A stretch of 64,000 bases of DNA from Anaerolineales bacterium (GTDB taxonomy: Bacteria; Chloroflexota; Anaerolineae; Anaerolineales; RBG-16-64-43). Numbering within the stretch: position 1 is the first letter of the stretch; every line of letters starts with the position of its first letter. This document shows positions 27,412 through 37,233 of the stretch, one piece after another. The position numbers and the translations under genes are program-made. The notes beneath the pieces are model-generated. The model was given only the letters and a program-made list of their open reading frames with translations. It was not told the origin of the DNA and ran no database searches. Where the stretch lies: the NCBI GenBank assembly GCA_034430775.1, contig DAOUDU010000248.1, positions 144,120-208,119 on the forward strand, in the 5' to 3' direction.

Positions 27412-30204
27412 TTATTGAAATATCCTGCGCAAACCCGATTCTATTTCGTTTTTCCACTTGATCGAAGCCCAGGCCAGTACAGCCCCCAGGACGGCACCGG
27501 CCGCACCGATGATTACACTCAACCAGCGCCCGCCCCATATCGTCGGGCCGCTTGCGTCGTAAAATCCAAGGACGATCAGATCGTATCCCGCCAGACCGCC
27601 GACAAGGCATCCCAACAGAATCCGCCAACGGGATAAGCCCAATCCGAACAGACCGGTGAGATATAAAATGCCGGCGGCGCAAGCACCAAGGATCAGGATC
27701 ATCAGAAAAAGGGTATCCCATCCGGCGCGCGTTTTACCGCCGTTGCCGGTAAGAATCCCCGGGTTTGTCGCGGACGGCGTAATGGCCGGCGAGGGGGTCG
27801 GCACCAGAATGTCGGTAGGCGCGAGCGCGGTGATAAATCCCGGTTCCTCACCGACCGCCAGCTGGATAATCGTCGAATTCTTCGCCGGTTCACTGAAAGC
27901 GGATACCTGCATCACCCCCTGCCGTTTGAGAACATAATCCGCCTGTGCCATACCGTTCACTATTTTGGCATCCAATAAAAACCGCGGAATATCTTCTCCG
28001 GGAAAATCGATTTGAAAGGTTAAATCTGTCCCGTCGGGTACGACATGCTGGTTATGATCCAGGATCGGTCCGGCGGTGAAGGTAATTTGATCGTCAAGCG
28101 AGAATCCGATCGGCGTCGGGTTTGCGGTCTGCGTTTGCGTAGCGGAGCCGGTCGGGGTTGCGGTTGCCGTTGGCGCGCCGGAACGACCGACCGAAATTTT
28201 TATCAACTGATCCGGATCGGGAGATAGTGCGGTCAACAGATCGTAATCGATTCCCTCGATATTGACGGGAGACGCGCCCACAGGCGCAATATCCCCGAGG
28301 AGGATCCGTGCGCCGACGTCGATGCAGCTGGGATGCTTCGAATACAGAGCGTAATACGCTGCTGTCACCTTGCTGATCTCGGTCGAATCCAGATAATACG
28401 GCGCACCCAAGGCGAATACGAAAATCTTTTTATTGCGGATCAGCCCCGCGCGCTCATCAAGCAGTTTTTGGAATGCATAGGATTCCGGCGTATTGGGGGA
28501 GGGTGCCTGTATCAGGGCCACGATCACCGTTGAGTTTACCAGCGCGATCTCCAGGTCCGGCAGATTCACTCCCTGCATATAGCCGTACAAATCCTTGAAC
28601 GAATAGGATTTAATCCGCGTCGGGGCAATCACTCCGGAAGCTCCGGGACCGTACAACCGCAATATCGTATCCGCGAACTCCGTCGGCGCGATATCCAATT
28701 CGGTCGCACAGGATGGACAGGGCGTAACCGTTCGCGAGTCCGTCAGGACCACAATCCGGTCTGCCGAAGTGGGCCGTTCAATGACCGTTCCGCCGGAGGA
28801 TACCGGATTAGGGCTGATTAAGGTGGCGCCCGCTTTGCATATTTCGGACGGCGTTCCGGTTTCGGATTTTAAATTTTTCAATCCGGCATCGTATTTGAGG
28901 ACGGATGAAATTGAAAAATTCGGGTAAAGCCGTTTTTTCAAGGCGAGTATCCGAAGCACCGCCTGGTCGACCTTTCCGGCGAATTCACTATCTCTCTCAT
29001 AGGATTGTTGGAAATATTTGATAGTATCGATCGTCGCCTGAAGCTCGGTTTGCCCCTCTAAGCTGGCGAAATTGGATATTTGCAGGATATCGTTCCCCGC
29101 CTGAAAAGCGTTCAGAGCCACACCCTTGTTGGAATAGGTTTGTCCGGTAGCCTCGTAAAACTTCCGCATGGATTGCGCGCCCAGGGAGCTGCTGACGGTA
29201 ACACCGCCGCCTTCCCGCCAGGCGGTGAACTCGGGCAAGGCCATCACCAGGCTCAGCGCTTGCGGGTCCAAGCTGACGGGGCGCGTGCTGGTCCGGATGT
29301 TCCCCTGCAATCCCTGATAGCGGATATGCGAGACCATGAACCCGTCGGCTATCCCCAGAACACCAGGGGCCGATGCCGCCACCTTGGCGAAAGGTGCCAG
29401 GTCGATCAACTGCAAATCCTGCAAGGCTTTTCGAATGGTGGCGACTTCCTCCTCCGGGCTGCGATCGGATGCGCCGATTCCGGGAAAATGCGTAGCAATC
29501 ACCGCCACCCGGCGGGCACTGCCTTCCTGAATCCCAAGAACATACGCCTGACCCATTTTCCCGACCCAGAAGGGGTCTCCACCAAACGTGCGCGCACCCA
29601 GATCGCCGGTCGTGCCCGGATTGGGAACTTCCAACACGTCGAGTGAGGGACCCAAATACATGTTGATCCCAAGCAATGCGAGTTCCTGGCCGATGATGTT
29701 GCCGGTCGCCCGGGCGAGCGACGGCTGCCAGGTCGCTCCGATACTCATCTCCGAAGTAATGTTGGTAAGTTCGGTCGCCAGTTGCGCGGTCGGATACCCG
29801 TCCCCGCCTTCTGGAATCGCCAGGAACAACGGGATAAATTCTTTCCCGGTCGTGGCTCCCTCCGCGCTTGCGCTGTCCGCTTCGATTTGCTGCAATCCGT
29901 TGCTCAGGTCCAGGACGGCCGCGGCTTCCCCCTCCCCGCTCCGCCAATTGGCGTTTTCCCGCTTGAGGAGGATCCCACCGATATGGCTGCCGGAAATCAA
30001 TTGGTAGATATCGGACGTGGAGGTAAGATCTTTGCCTTGGAAGGTAACCATGAATAACTGGCCGATTTTTTCTTCCATGGTCAGGCGGTTGAAAATATTC
30101 AATACGTCTTCCGAAACGCCCTCCTGGTACGGACGGCCAAACGCCAGCGACGGCAATCCGATCACAAGGAAAAGCGCGCTCGCAAGAAGGTGTTTCTTCT
30201 TCAT
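27412..30204 (-). CDS. glycoside hydrolase family 3 (NagZ/beta-hexosaminidase-like) protein with signal peptide and C-terminal multi-TM region
   Basis: Signal MKKKHLLASALFLVIGLPSLAFG. GH3 N-domain motifs IGQLFMV, GGILL and THFPGIG. The last ~110 aa contain 3-4 hydrophobic helices. Confidence 0.85.
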   Translation of the reverse strand: MKKKHLLASALFLVIGLPSLAFGRPYQEGVSEDVLNIFNRLTMEEKIGQLFMVTFQGKDLTSTSDIYQLISGSHIGGILLKRENANWRSGEGEAAAVLDLSNGLQQIEADSASAEGATTGKEFIPLFLAIPEGGDGYPTAQLATELTNITSEMSIGATWQPSLARATGNIIGQELALLGINMYLGPSLDVLEVPNPGTTGDLGARTFGGDPFWVGKMGQAYVLGIQEGSARRVAVIATHFPGIGASDRSPEEEVATIRKALQDLQLIDLAPFAKVAASAPGVLGIADGFMVSHIRYQGLQGNIRTSTRPVSLDPQALSLVMALPEFTAWREGGGVTVSSSLGAQSMRKFYEATGQTYSNKGVALNAFQAGNDILQISNFASLEGQTELQATIDTIKYFQQSYERDSEFAGKVDQAVLRILALKKRLYPNFSISSVLKYDAGLKNLKSETGTPSEICKAGATLISPNPVSSGGTVIERPTSADRIVVLTDSRTVTPCPSCATELDIAPTEFADTILRLYGPGASGVIAPTRIKSYSFKDLYGYMQGVNLPDLEIALVNSTVIVALIQAPSPNTPESYAFQKLLDERAGLIRNKKIFVFALGAPYYLDSTEISKVTAAYYALYSKHPSCIDVGARILLGDIAPVGASPVNIEGIDYDLLTALSPDPDQLIKISVGRSGAPTATATPTGSATQTQTANPTPIGFSLDDQITFTAGPILDHNQHVVPDGTDLTFQIDFPGEDIPRFLLDAKIVNGMAQADYVLKRQGVMQVSAFSEPAKNSTIIQLAVGEEPGFITALAPTDILVPTPSPAITPSATNPGILTGNGGKTRAGWDTLFLMILILGACAAGILYLTGLFGLGLSRWRILLGCLVGGLAGYDLIVLGFYDASGPTIWGGRWLSVIIGAAGAVLGAVLAWASIKWKNEIESGLRRIFQ

Positions 30205-30283
30205 ACGGCCAAGTATACCCTAGAGGATTGGACGTCGAAACAGAACCGGCCTCGAAAAAATATCCGCACCGTGGGCCGCTTTC

Positions 30284-30312
30284 TTGTCAACCCCGGGGTA
30301 ATATGCTATGAT
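30284..30312 (+). promoter_or_regulatory. sigma70-type promoter TTGTCA-17-TATGAT upstream of greA
   Basis: -35 at 30284-30289 and -10 at 30307-30312. The leader would be ~155 nt. Confidence 0.5.
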
Positions 30313-30473
30313 TTTTACCGTCGCGCGGCGGTTTTCCCGATATCGCGTTCCTCCATACCTTCGGGATATCCAATCGTCGTTCGGCCAATTCCACTGACAG
30401 GAAACTGTATGCAACGGGTGGGCCAAGCGGGATTGTCCCACCCTATACTTGTCGGCCGAAGAAGGAATGACGC

Positions 30474-30941
30474 ATGAGCGATCAGCCTGTTTTTCTCACC
30501 AAGGACGGATATGTAAAATTAGAGGAGGAGCTTGAACTCCTCCGCACCAAACGCCGCGCGGAAGTCGCCGAGCGCCTGCATGATGCGATGGAAGGCGGAG
30601 AGTTAATTGAAAACGCCGAATACGAGAGCGCCAAGAACGAACAGGCGTTTGTTGAAGGCCGCATACTCACCCTGGAGACGATGCTCTCCAATGCCATCAT
30701 CATCGAAGAAGGCGGACCACAGGATGTCGTCCGGGTGGGAAGCAAGGTGGCCATTCAGGAAGCCAACAATCCTCCCGAAAATTATGTTATCGTCGGGGCG
30801 GCCGAAGCGAACCCCAAGGAAGGCCGTATTTCCAACCAGTCTCCCCTGGGACAGGCGCTGCTTGGCCGCAAGCCGGGAGACGAAGTCCGGGTGACGGCTC
30901 CGGCCGGCATACTTACCTTTCGTGTGCTCTCGGTCAAATAA
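30474..30941 (+). CDS. greA: transcription elongation factor GreA
   Basis: LTKDGYVKLEEELELLRTKRRAEVAERL...ENAEYESAKNEQAFVEGRI. Confidence 0.93.
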   Translation: MSDQPVFLTKDGYVKLEEELELLRTKRRAEVAERLHDAMEGGELIENAEYESAKNEQAFVEGRILTLETMLSNAIIIEEGGPQDVVRVGSKVAIQEANNPPENYVIVGAAEANPKEGRISNQSPLGQALLGRKPGDEVRVTAPAGILTFRVLSVK

Positions 30942-30994
30942 CCCAATCCCTCGGTTAAGCCAGGCACGGATAATCCTCCACACTCAGACAATTC

Positions 30995-32509
30995 ATGCGT
31001 GAATTAAGCGAACTCGAAAAGAACCGCCAGCAGAAGGTTCAACTCTTACGCGATGCGGGAATGGATCCGTATCCGGCGCACGCCGAGCGGACTCATACGA
31101 GCGTCCAGGCGCGGCAGGCCTTCGAACAGGCCGCGGAAGGCGCGGCGCCGCCGGCGACACTCGCTGGCCGCCTGCGCTCCATCCGTGCGATGGGCAAAGC
31201 GGTTTTCGCCCATATCGAAGACGGCGACGGACAAATCCAGCTGCTCCTCAAAGCGGATATCCTCGGCAAGGAATTTCTGGATCAGTTCCGCAGCTTGTTT
31301 GATCTGGGTGACATCCTGCAGGCCCGTGGGACTCTGTTCCGCACCCGCACCGGGGAAATCACGCTGCAGGTGGAACACATCGCCATGCTTTCCAAGGCGG
31401 TTACACCGCTGCCCGCCTCCAAAGAGACGGTCGAAAACGGCGAGCGGGTCGTCCACTCCGCATTCGACAATCCGGAAGCACGCTACCGCCAACGCTACGC
31501 CGACCTGGCCGTAAACGCCGACGTCCGAGAGATATTCCGGACCCGCGCGCGGATGATCTCCGCGCTGCGGCGCTTTCTGGATTCCCGCGGGTTCCTCGAA
31601 GTCGAAACACCGGTGCTTCAGGCCGTGTACGGCGGTGCGGCGGCCAAGCCGTTTGTGACCCATCACCATCAATTGCACCAGGATCTCTATTTGCGCATCT
31701 CGTTCGAGCTCTACCTCAAACGGCTGCTGGTCGGAGGATATGAACGGGTGTATGAAATCGGCCGGGATTTTCGAAACGAAGGCGTCTCATTTAAGCACAA
31801 TCCCGAATTCACTCAATTGGAATTTTACATGGCCTATGCCGATTACCGGCAGATCATGGCCCTCACCGAAGAGATGACATCAACGGTCGCCGAGGAGGTC
31901 ACCGGAAGCGCGAAGATATCTTTCCGCGGGCACACCCTCGACCTGACCCCACCCTGGGCTCGCCTCTCGCTGCGGGATGCGATCCTCGAGATCGGCGGCA
32001 TCGACATCGACTCGCATTTGACGGCGGAATCCCTCTCGGCCGCGATGCGCGCCAAGGGACTTTCCCCCAAAGAAGAAACCCACCGCGGTAAGTTGATCGA
32101 AAGCCTGCTTTCGCACTTTGTCGAGCCCAACATCGTACAGCCGACGTTCCTGTTCGATTACCCGCGCGATATATCCCCGCTTGCAAAAAGCAAACCCGGC
32201 CGGCCGCAGACGGTGGAACGCTTCGAAGGCTTCGTTGCCGGAATGGAATTATGCAACGCCTTCTCGGAACTGAATGACCCGCTGGATCAGGAGCAACGGT
32301 TCCTGGAAATGGGCCGCGCATACTCCGAGGAAGAAGAAGACCGACATCCCATGGATGAGGATTATCTGGATGCCATGCGCTACGGAATGCCGCCTACCGG
32401 CGGTTTTGGCATGGGGATTGATCGCTTGGCAATGCTCCTTACAAACCAGCCCACCATCCGCGAGGTTATTCTCTACCCGCATCTGCGCCAGCGCGAGGAC
32501 GAGAAGTGA
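30995..32509 (+). CDS. lysS: lysine--tRNA ligase (class II)
   Basis: Motifs FLEVETPVLQ, YLRISFELYLKRLLVGGYERVYEIGRDFRNEG and GFGMGIDRLAMLL. Confidence 0.93.
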   Translation: MRELSELEKNRQQKVQLLRDAGMDPYPAHAERTHTSVQARQAFEQAAEGAAPPATLAGRLRSIRAMGKAVFAHIEDGDGQIQLLLKADILGKEFLDQFRSLFDLGDILQARGTLFRTRTGEITLQVEHIAMLSKAVTPLPASKETVENGERVVHSAFDNPEARYRQRYADLAVNADVREIFRTRARMISALRRFLDSRGFLEVETPVLQAVYGGAAAKPFVTHHHQLHQDLYLRISFELYLKRLLVGGYERVYEIGRDFRNEGVSFKHNPEFTQLEFYMAYADYRQIMALTEEMTSTVAEEVTGSAKISFRGHTLDLTPPWARLSLRDAILEIGGIDIDSHLTAESLSAAMRAKGLSPKEETHRGKLIESLLSHFVEPNIVQPTFLFDYPRDISPLAKSKPGRPQTVERFEGFVAGMELCNAFSELNDPLDQEQRFLEMGRAYSEEEEDRHPMDEDYLDAMRYGMPPTGGFGMGIDRLAMLLTNQPTIREVILYPHLRQREDEK

Positions 32510-32715
32510 CCTCCCAGCGCCGCCACCCGACCTACGAGCATGATTTACGAATGCACCTCGGCGTTATTCTCATGGCTTTACAGATGCTCTCCCGCCCTCC
32601 CACCACCCCCCTAACCCCGGATCAGCAGGAATTAGCGGAAATCATCAGGCGTGCCGCCAAAGCTATGGAAGCTCTTTTGGTCAAGCCGGGATCCGTCGAA
32701 AAGCGAAAAAACTGA
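32506..32715 (+). CDS. possible stand-alone HisKA/DHp-like small protein (69 aa)
   Basis: The GTG start overlaps the lysS stop (GTGA). YEHDLRMHLGVILMALQML ... ELAEIIRRAAKAMEALL resembles the H-box and second helix of histidine-kinase dimerisation domains. Confidence 0.4.
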   Translation: MTSQRRHPTYEHDLRMHLGVILMALQMLSRPPTTPLTPDQQELAEIIRRAAKAMEALLVKPGSVEKRKN

Positions 32716-32763
32716 TTCCGGCGGTTTTCCCCTTTTTCCAAGTCACCCTCGACAAATTCAAAG

Positions 32764-32783
32764 ATTGTGATTATTATTACAAT
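32764..32783. promoter_or_regulatory. CRP/FNR-like inverted repeat ATTGTGAttattaTTACAAT
   Basis: TGTGA-N6-TTACA has one mismatch to TGTGA-N6-TCACA. It lies ~100 nt upstream of the PGDH-like gene. Confidence 0.3.
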
Positions 32784-32885
32784 CTATCTCGGCGCGTAAA
32801 AAGCGCGCCTTCCGGGCTACAGGACACCTATCCTGCACCCGGACATCCTTCCGGCAATCCGCCGGTCCCTTCCCGGAGGCTTAAA

Positions 32886-33845
32886 ATGACAAACAAAGCC
32901 AGCACCCCTTCCTGGACCATAATGATCACCGATGGATTGCAGGAGTCCGCCATCGCCATTATGGAAAAAGCCGCCACGGTCCAGAACAAGCCTGATATTA
33001 CGGCCGATGATCTGATCAAAGCGGTTCCCACCGTCGACGCATTGATCGTGCGCGGGCGGACGAAAGTCACCGCGGAAGTGTTTGCCGCAGCATCCAGCCT
33101 TAAGGTTGTCGGGCGGGCGGGTGTAGGCGTCGATAATATCGACCTCAAGGCGGCCAAGGCGAAGAACGTGGTTGTGGTAAACGCGCCGCAATCCACAAGC
33201 ATCGCCGTCGCGGAACATGCCTTTGCCCTGATGCTTTCGCTGGCCCGCCAGGTTCCACTGGCCGATTCCGGCCTGCGCCGGGGCGAGTGGCTGAAGAAAA
33301 AGCTGGAAGGTTTCGAACTCTTTGGAAAAACCCTGGGCGTCATCGGCATGGGCCGGATCGGCGCGCATGTTGTTGCGCGGGCAACCAGTTTTGGGATGAC
33401 CTGTGTGGGATACGACCCCCTAATCTCCGCCGATGAGATCATCAAGCGCGGTGCCCAGCCGGAGGAATTGGATACGCTCCTCCCCCGGGCCGATATCCTT
33501 ACCCTCCATGTTCCGTTGACGCCGGAAACCCGCGGATTGATAAACGCCGAGCGGATCGCGAAAATGAAGCGGAGCGCGTATATCGTCTGCACGGCACGCG
33601 GAAACGTGATCGACGAGGCGGCTCTGCTCGCTGCGCTGGATTCCGGTCAGATTGCCGGTGCGGCGCTGGATGTCTTCGCCGTCGAACCGGTTGTGGATTC
33701 TCCCTTGGTGAAGCACCCGAAGACCGTCTGCACGCCGCACATCGCCGCCCAGACGGGCGAGGCGCAGGAACGAGCCGCCCGGGACATCTCTGAGGAGATC
33801 CTGACGGTTTTACGCGGTGAGACTCCCCGCTGGCGCGTCGCCTGA
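32886..33845 (+). CDS. D-isomer-specific 2-hydroxyacid dehydrogenase, phosphoglycerate-dehydrogenase-like (no ACT domain)
   Basis: Motifs GRAGVGVDNIDL, GVIGMGRIG and TPHIAAQT. Confidence 0.85.
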   Translation: MTNKASTPSWTIMITDGLQESAIAIMEKAATVQNKPDITADDLIKAVPTVDALIVRGRTKVTAEVFAAASSLKVVGRAGVGVDNIDLKAAKAKNVVVVNAPQSTSIAVAEHAFALMLSLARQVPLADSGLRRGEWLKKKLEGFELFGKTLGVIGMGRIGAHVVARATSFGMTCVGYDPLISADEIIKRGAQPEELDTLLPRADILTLHVPLTPETRGLINAERIAKMKRSAYIVCTARGNVIDEAALLAALDSGQIAGAALDVFAVEPVVDSPLVKHPKTVCTPHIAAQTGEAQERAARDISEEILTVLRGETPRWRVA

Positions 33846-33859
33846 TCCGGCGCCATAAT

Positions 33860-33903
33860 AAAAAACCTCCGGGAATTTGATCTATCCTGGAGGTTCTTTT
33901 TAT
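33860..33903. terminator. bidirectional-looking intrinsic terminator
   Basis: aaaaAACCTCC-18 nt-GGAGGTTcttttt. Confidence 0.6.
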
Positions 33904-33970
33904 TAACCCCATCGTCAAACGCGAGTCAAGGTTCACCCTCGGTCGCGAATCCATTATCCACGGCCGTTTT

Positions 33971-34285
33971 TCAACAGATGGTTGGCGCCTTGGCTTCCTT
34001 CCGTCCCATCCCGCGTTTCGCCGCTCCGAGAAGCAACACGCCGGAGCCGAACAGACCCGCAACCATGCCCCCAATAGTCGCAACCGCGGCTACCGTCGCC
34101 ACAACACCCAATCCGAGTGTCGTCAGGGTGGCGATTTCACCCACCCGGCCGGCCTTCTCAATTTCAACCGGCATCCGTGAACCGGACAGGAGCCTGGTTT
34201 TCAACATGCTCGCGTATCCCTTGCGGGGTGAGACAGGAACAAGCACGCGTCGAAGTTTGGCTTCGATGGCCCTTTCCGTGATCAT
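33971..34285 (-). CDS. small membrane protein downstream of the ECF sigma factor (possible anti-sigma factor)
   Basis: 104 aa with two hydrophobic helices, placed 28 nt after the sigma gene. No zf-HC2 motif. Confidence 0.5.
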   Translation of the reverse strand: MITERAIEAKLRRVLVPVSPRKGYASMLKTRLLSGSRMPVEIEKAGRVGEIATLTTLGLGVVATVAAVATIGGMVAGLFGSGVLLLGAAKRGMGRKEAKAPTIC

Positions 34286-34313
34286 TTTCCGACTTCCTTT
34301 CCTTCAATTCCTT

Positions 34314-34898
34314 CTATTCCCATTGTACACACTTTTCTCTTAGAGTGAGAAGAGTACGATGGTAGAGACTCTTGATTGCGCCTTCCGAGCGGCCGAGGAT
34401 CCGTCCGATCTCCGCGTTGGAATATCCCTCTGCGAATTTAAGGATGATCACCTGCTGCTTCTCTTCCGGCAGCTTGCGGATTAGTTGTAAAAGGCGTTCC
34501 CGCTCATCCGTCTTTTCCGCGGACGACCCGGGGTCCTCCTCCACGGAATGTTTCACCGCTTCATCCAGCCCTACTACCTTCCGGCGGGCCTGGTCCCTAT
34601 ACCAGTTGGCAACCAAATTATGGGCGATCCGGTATAACCACGCGGAAAACGGGAGTCCCAACTGCTCATACCCCGGCAGATGAACATAGGCTTTCTGAAA
34701 AACCCTCGAGGTCAGGTCTTCAGCATCGGCGTGATTGCCCGTTCGATAATAGAGGTAGGTGTAGATCTTCTGCAGATACCTCTCATACAATTCGCCGAAC
34801 GCTTGGCGGTCGTATTTCGCCTTAGAAACGAGCTGTGCTTCATCCTTCCCCGGCTTTCTATCCGGGTGTCCCGACCTGCCCTGTGTCATCATTAACAC
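34314..34898 (-). CDS. ECF (sigma-70 family) RNA polymerase sigma factor
   Basis: Region 2: FGELYERYLQKIYTYLYYRTGNHADAEDLTSRVF...WLYRIAHNL. Region 4: NAEIGRILGRSEGAIKSLYHRTL. Confidence 0.9.
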   Translation of the reverse strand: MLMMTQGRSGHPDRKPGKDEAQLVSKAKYDRQAFGELYERYLQKIYTYLYYRTGNHADAEDLTSRVFQKAYVHLPGYEQLGLPFSAWLYRIAHNLVANWYRDQARRKVVGLDEAVKHSVEEDPGSSAEKTDERERLLQLIRKLPEEKQQVIILKFAEGYSNAEIGRILGRSEGAIKSLYHRTLLTLREKCVQWE

Positions 34899-34923
34899 GT
34901 ACGGCTTTCTTTCGTTTCGCGTT

Positions 34924-35793
34924 TCATCGTCCGGCGGGCTTCCTTTTTTCCGGAGTGGCGCCCTCCTGTTTCCGGATCGTCAGAAACACCGCCGCCAGGT
35001 TTTGGAAATGCAGATCCGGCGCCAGGCCGTTCAGGAGGATCCGGCTTTTTCCGCACTTTTCGATCGGTATCTGGCGCAAATCGTCCACCGACCAGTTCCA
35101 CCGTACGGCGTTTAACGCTTCCTTGCGGATACGGTCCAAGTACACCAGGTGCGAAGAAATCATCTCGTCGATCTCTCCGCGCAGGATGACATCCCCGTGG
35201 CCCTGAACGATGTTTTCAAGCCCCATCCCATTGATGGTTTTCAGGGTGGCAATCAGGGTGTCAAGATCTCCATCCCTGAAATACGGCAGCGGCATCATCG
35301 CATCACCGGCAAAAAGGATCCGCTCCTCTTCCAGTAAAACCCCGATACCATCGGGGGTATGGCCCGGCAGCGGGAAGATCCGAATTGTCCGTTTGCCAAC
35401 CAGGAAGTACAGTGATCCGTCGCGGAAAGTCACGTTTGGCAGGACGACCTGCACATCGCCCAAGTCCTTGTTCTCCTGTTTGGCCGCTTCCAGCGCCTTC
35501 CGGCCTCGCGTCTCCATCAGCGTGCGGCAGGTCTCCTGTGAGATGATTTGCGCGTCCGGGAATAAGTAATTCCCGCCGCAGTGATCGGCGTGATGGTGGG
35601 TATTGATCACAAACCGGACCGGTGTATTCATACGCTGTTCGACATAATCCCGGATTTCGCGGGTTTCGGCCGGCAGAGCCAATGTATCAATCAGGATGGC
35701 TCCGTCGGGCGTCCCGATAACGCCGGCGCACACCTGCGCATACAGGTCGCTGGAGAAGAAAGAGACGTCTTCGGCAATTCGTTCCCTTAGCAT
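34924..35793 (-). CDS. MBL-fold metallo-hydrolase
   Basis: HHHADHCGGN motif. ATG 35793 has GGAGG 9 nt upstream. Confidence 0.85.
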   Translation of the reverse strand: MLRERIAEDVSFFSSDLYAQVCAGVIGTPDGAILIDTLALPAETREIRDYVEQRMNTPVRFVINTHHHADHCGGNYLFPDAQIISQETCRTLMETRGRKALEAAKQENKDLGDVQVVLPNVTFRDGSLYFLVGKRTIRIFPLPGHTPDGIGVLLEEERILFAGDAMMPLPYFRDGDLDTLIATLKTINGMGLENIVQGHGDVILRGEIDEMISSHLVYLDRIRKEALNAVRWNWSVDDLRQIPIEKCGKSRILLNGLAPDLHFQNLAAVFLTIRKQEGATPEKRKPAGR

Positions 35794-36342
35794 TCTTCCT
35801 AACCTCCAAACCGGTGCATTTCTTTTTCCAGGATATGCGGCAGAATAGCACAAAAATAGAGATAAATCAAGTATTACGACATAAATAGTCCGATTATATT
35901 TCGATATGAAATGACCGTCTCAATCGGTTTCATTTATTTTCAACCGCTTATCCTGAGGCCCCGGGATACGTCAATGGGATTGCTACCAAGGAATAGAAAG
36001 GGCAGACGATTTACTGTCGCGCTCCAGCGCAAAATGCCCATTGGCCCGCAGCCCTCCTAACTTTCATGAGTGGGAATGCTTACCTTTCAAGGAACGGTTG
36101 CACCGGGAGATAATCGGCCCGCTTCACTCCCCGATTCGTATTCCTCCCGACCCTTGAACCGGAAGCGGGCCGGGAAATTTTCCACCACTCGCGATATCTT
36201 TGGATCAGAAAAGCGGTGATACTCATTGCTCGAAGGGCGGTTGCTGTACCGACGGGATGGGTATTTAACGCTGCAAAGCAAGCAACGGCTTTTCCCAGGT
36301 GAAAATAGAAATCGTTCCATTATTCATGAATTCCCGGCTTTC

Positions 36343-36371
36343 TTGACGTAGATACTGGAAGCCGGTAGAAT
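36343..36371 (+). promoter_or_regulatory. near-consensus sigma70 promoter TTGACG-17-TAGAAT for rplY
   Basis: -35 at 36343-36348 and -10 at 36366-36371. Confidence 0.6.
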
Positions 36372-36461
36372 CGCGCGGCTTTCCCAAGCGGAAGTTGGGA
36401 AAAATCCAAATGGAGCGAAGGTGGCCGGCCAACGGCTTGAGGCGCTCCCAGGAAGGTTAAT

Positions 36462-37157
36462 ATGAGCAGCATTGAGTTAAAGGGGAAAGCCCGGTCCGCG
36501 GTTGGAAAAGGCTTGTTCGCACTGCGAACTTCTGGCAAAATTCCCGCCGTCATTTATGGTCCCGGCTTGGATGCCGTCCCGATCGAGCTGGAGACGAAGC
36601 TCGCCGCCCAGACCCTCAACAGTCTGACAGGGTCAACCCTGATCAAGCTGTCGATCGACCAGAAGGTTTACTCAGTTCTGTTGCGCGATATCCAGCGGGA
36701 TTCGATCCGGCGGACGATCATGCATGCGGATTTTTATGCGGTTCCAACCGATCGCGCAATCCGCGTCCGCGTCCCGATCCACTTGACGGGTGAATCCGCT
36801 GCGGTCCGCGATTTCAGCGGAATTCTAGTGCAAACGCTTGCCGATCTCGAGGTGGAATGTCTGCCGAAGGACCTGGTCGACGGTATTACAATTGATCTGG
36901 CCCCGCTTGAGAAGATCGGCGATTCGATCGACGTTAAGGATATTGCCCTCCCGCAGGGGATCCGTGTCCTGATTGACACCGATGAGACTGTGGTCACCGT
37001 AACCGCCCAGATGGCGGAAGAGGAAGTGGTTGCTCCTGTTGTCGAGGCCGTTCCTACGGAAGTGGAAGTCATCGATAAGGGCAAGAAACTGGAAGAGGGC
37101 GAAGAGGAAGAGGCTGCTGCTGCTCCCGCCAAGGAAACAAAGGAACCCAAGAAATAG
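36462..37157 (+). CDS. rplY: 50S ribosomal protein L25 / general stress protein Ctc
   Basis: GKARSAVGKGLFALRTSGKIPAVIYG ... LRDIQRDSIRRTIMHADF, with an acidic and lysine-rich tail. Confidence 0.9.
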   Translation: MSSIELKGKARSAVGKGLFALRTSGKIPAVIYGPGLDAVPIELETKLAAQTLNSLTGSTLIKLSIDQKVYSVLLRDIQRDSIRRTIMHADFYAVPTDRAIRVRVPIHLTGESAAVRDFSGILVQTLADLEVECLPKDLVDGITIDLAPLEKIGDSIDVKDIALPQGIRVLIDTDETVVTVTAQMAEEEVVAPVVEAVPTEVEVIDKGKKLEEGEEEEAAAAPAKETKEPKK

Positions 37158-37178
37158 ACCAGCTTCAACTGCACTACG

Positions 37179-37233
37179 CCAGCCATGGCAACGCGGTGCC
37201 TTCCGAAACCGTTTTCCATGGCTGGTTTTTTTT
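37179..37233 (+). terminator. intrinsic terminator after rplY
   Basis: CCAGCCATGG-27 nt-CCATGGCTGG followed by T8. Confidence 0.7.

Noticed and set aside
30313-30340. GraL-like terminator hairpin ACCGTC-gcgc-GGCGGT-TTTT in the greA leader.
   Set aside because: It begins at or before the predicted transcription start. It would therefore be a 5'-terminal stem at best, and is too close to the -10 to be a meaningful attenuator without mapped ends.
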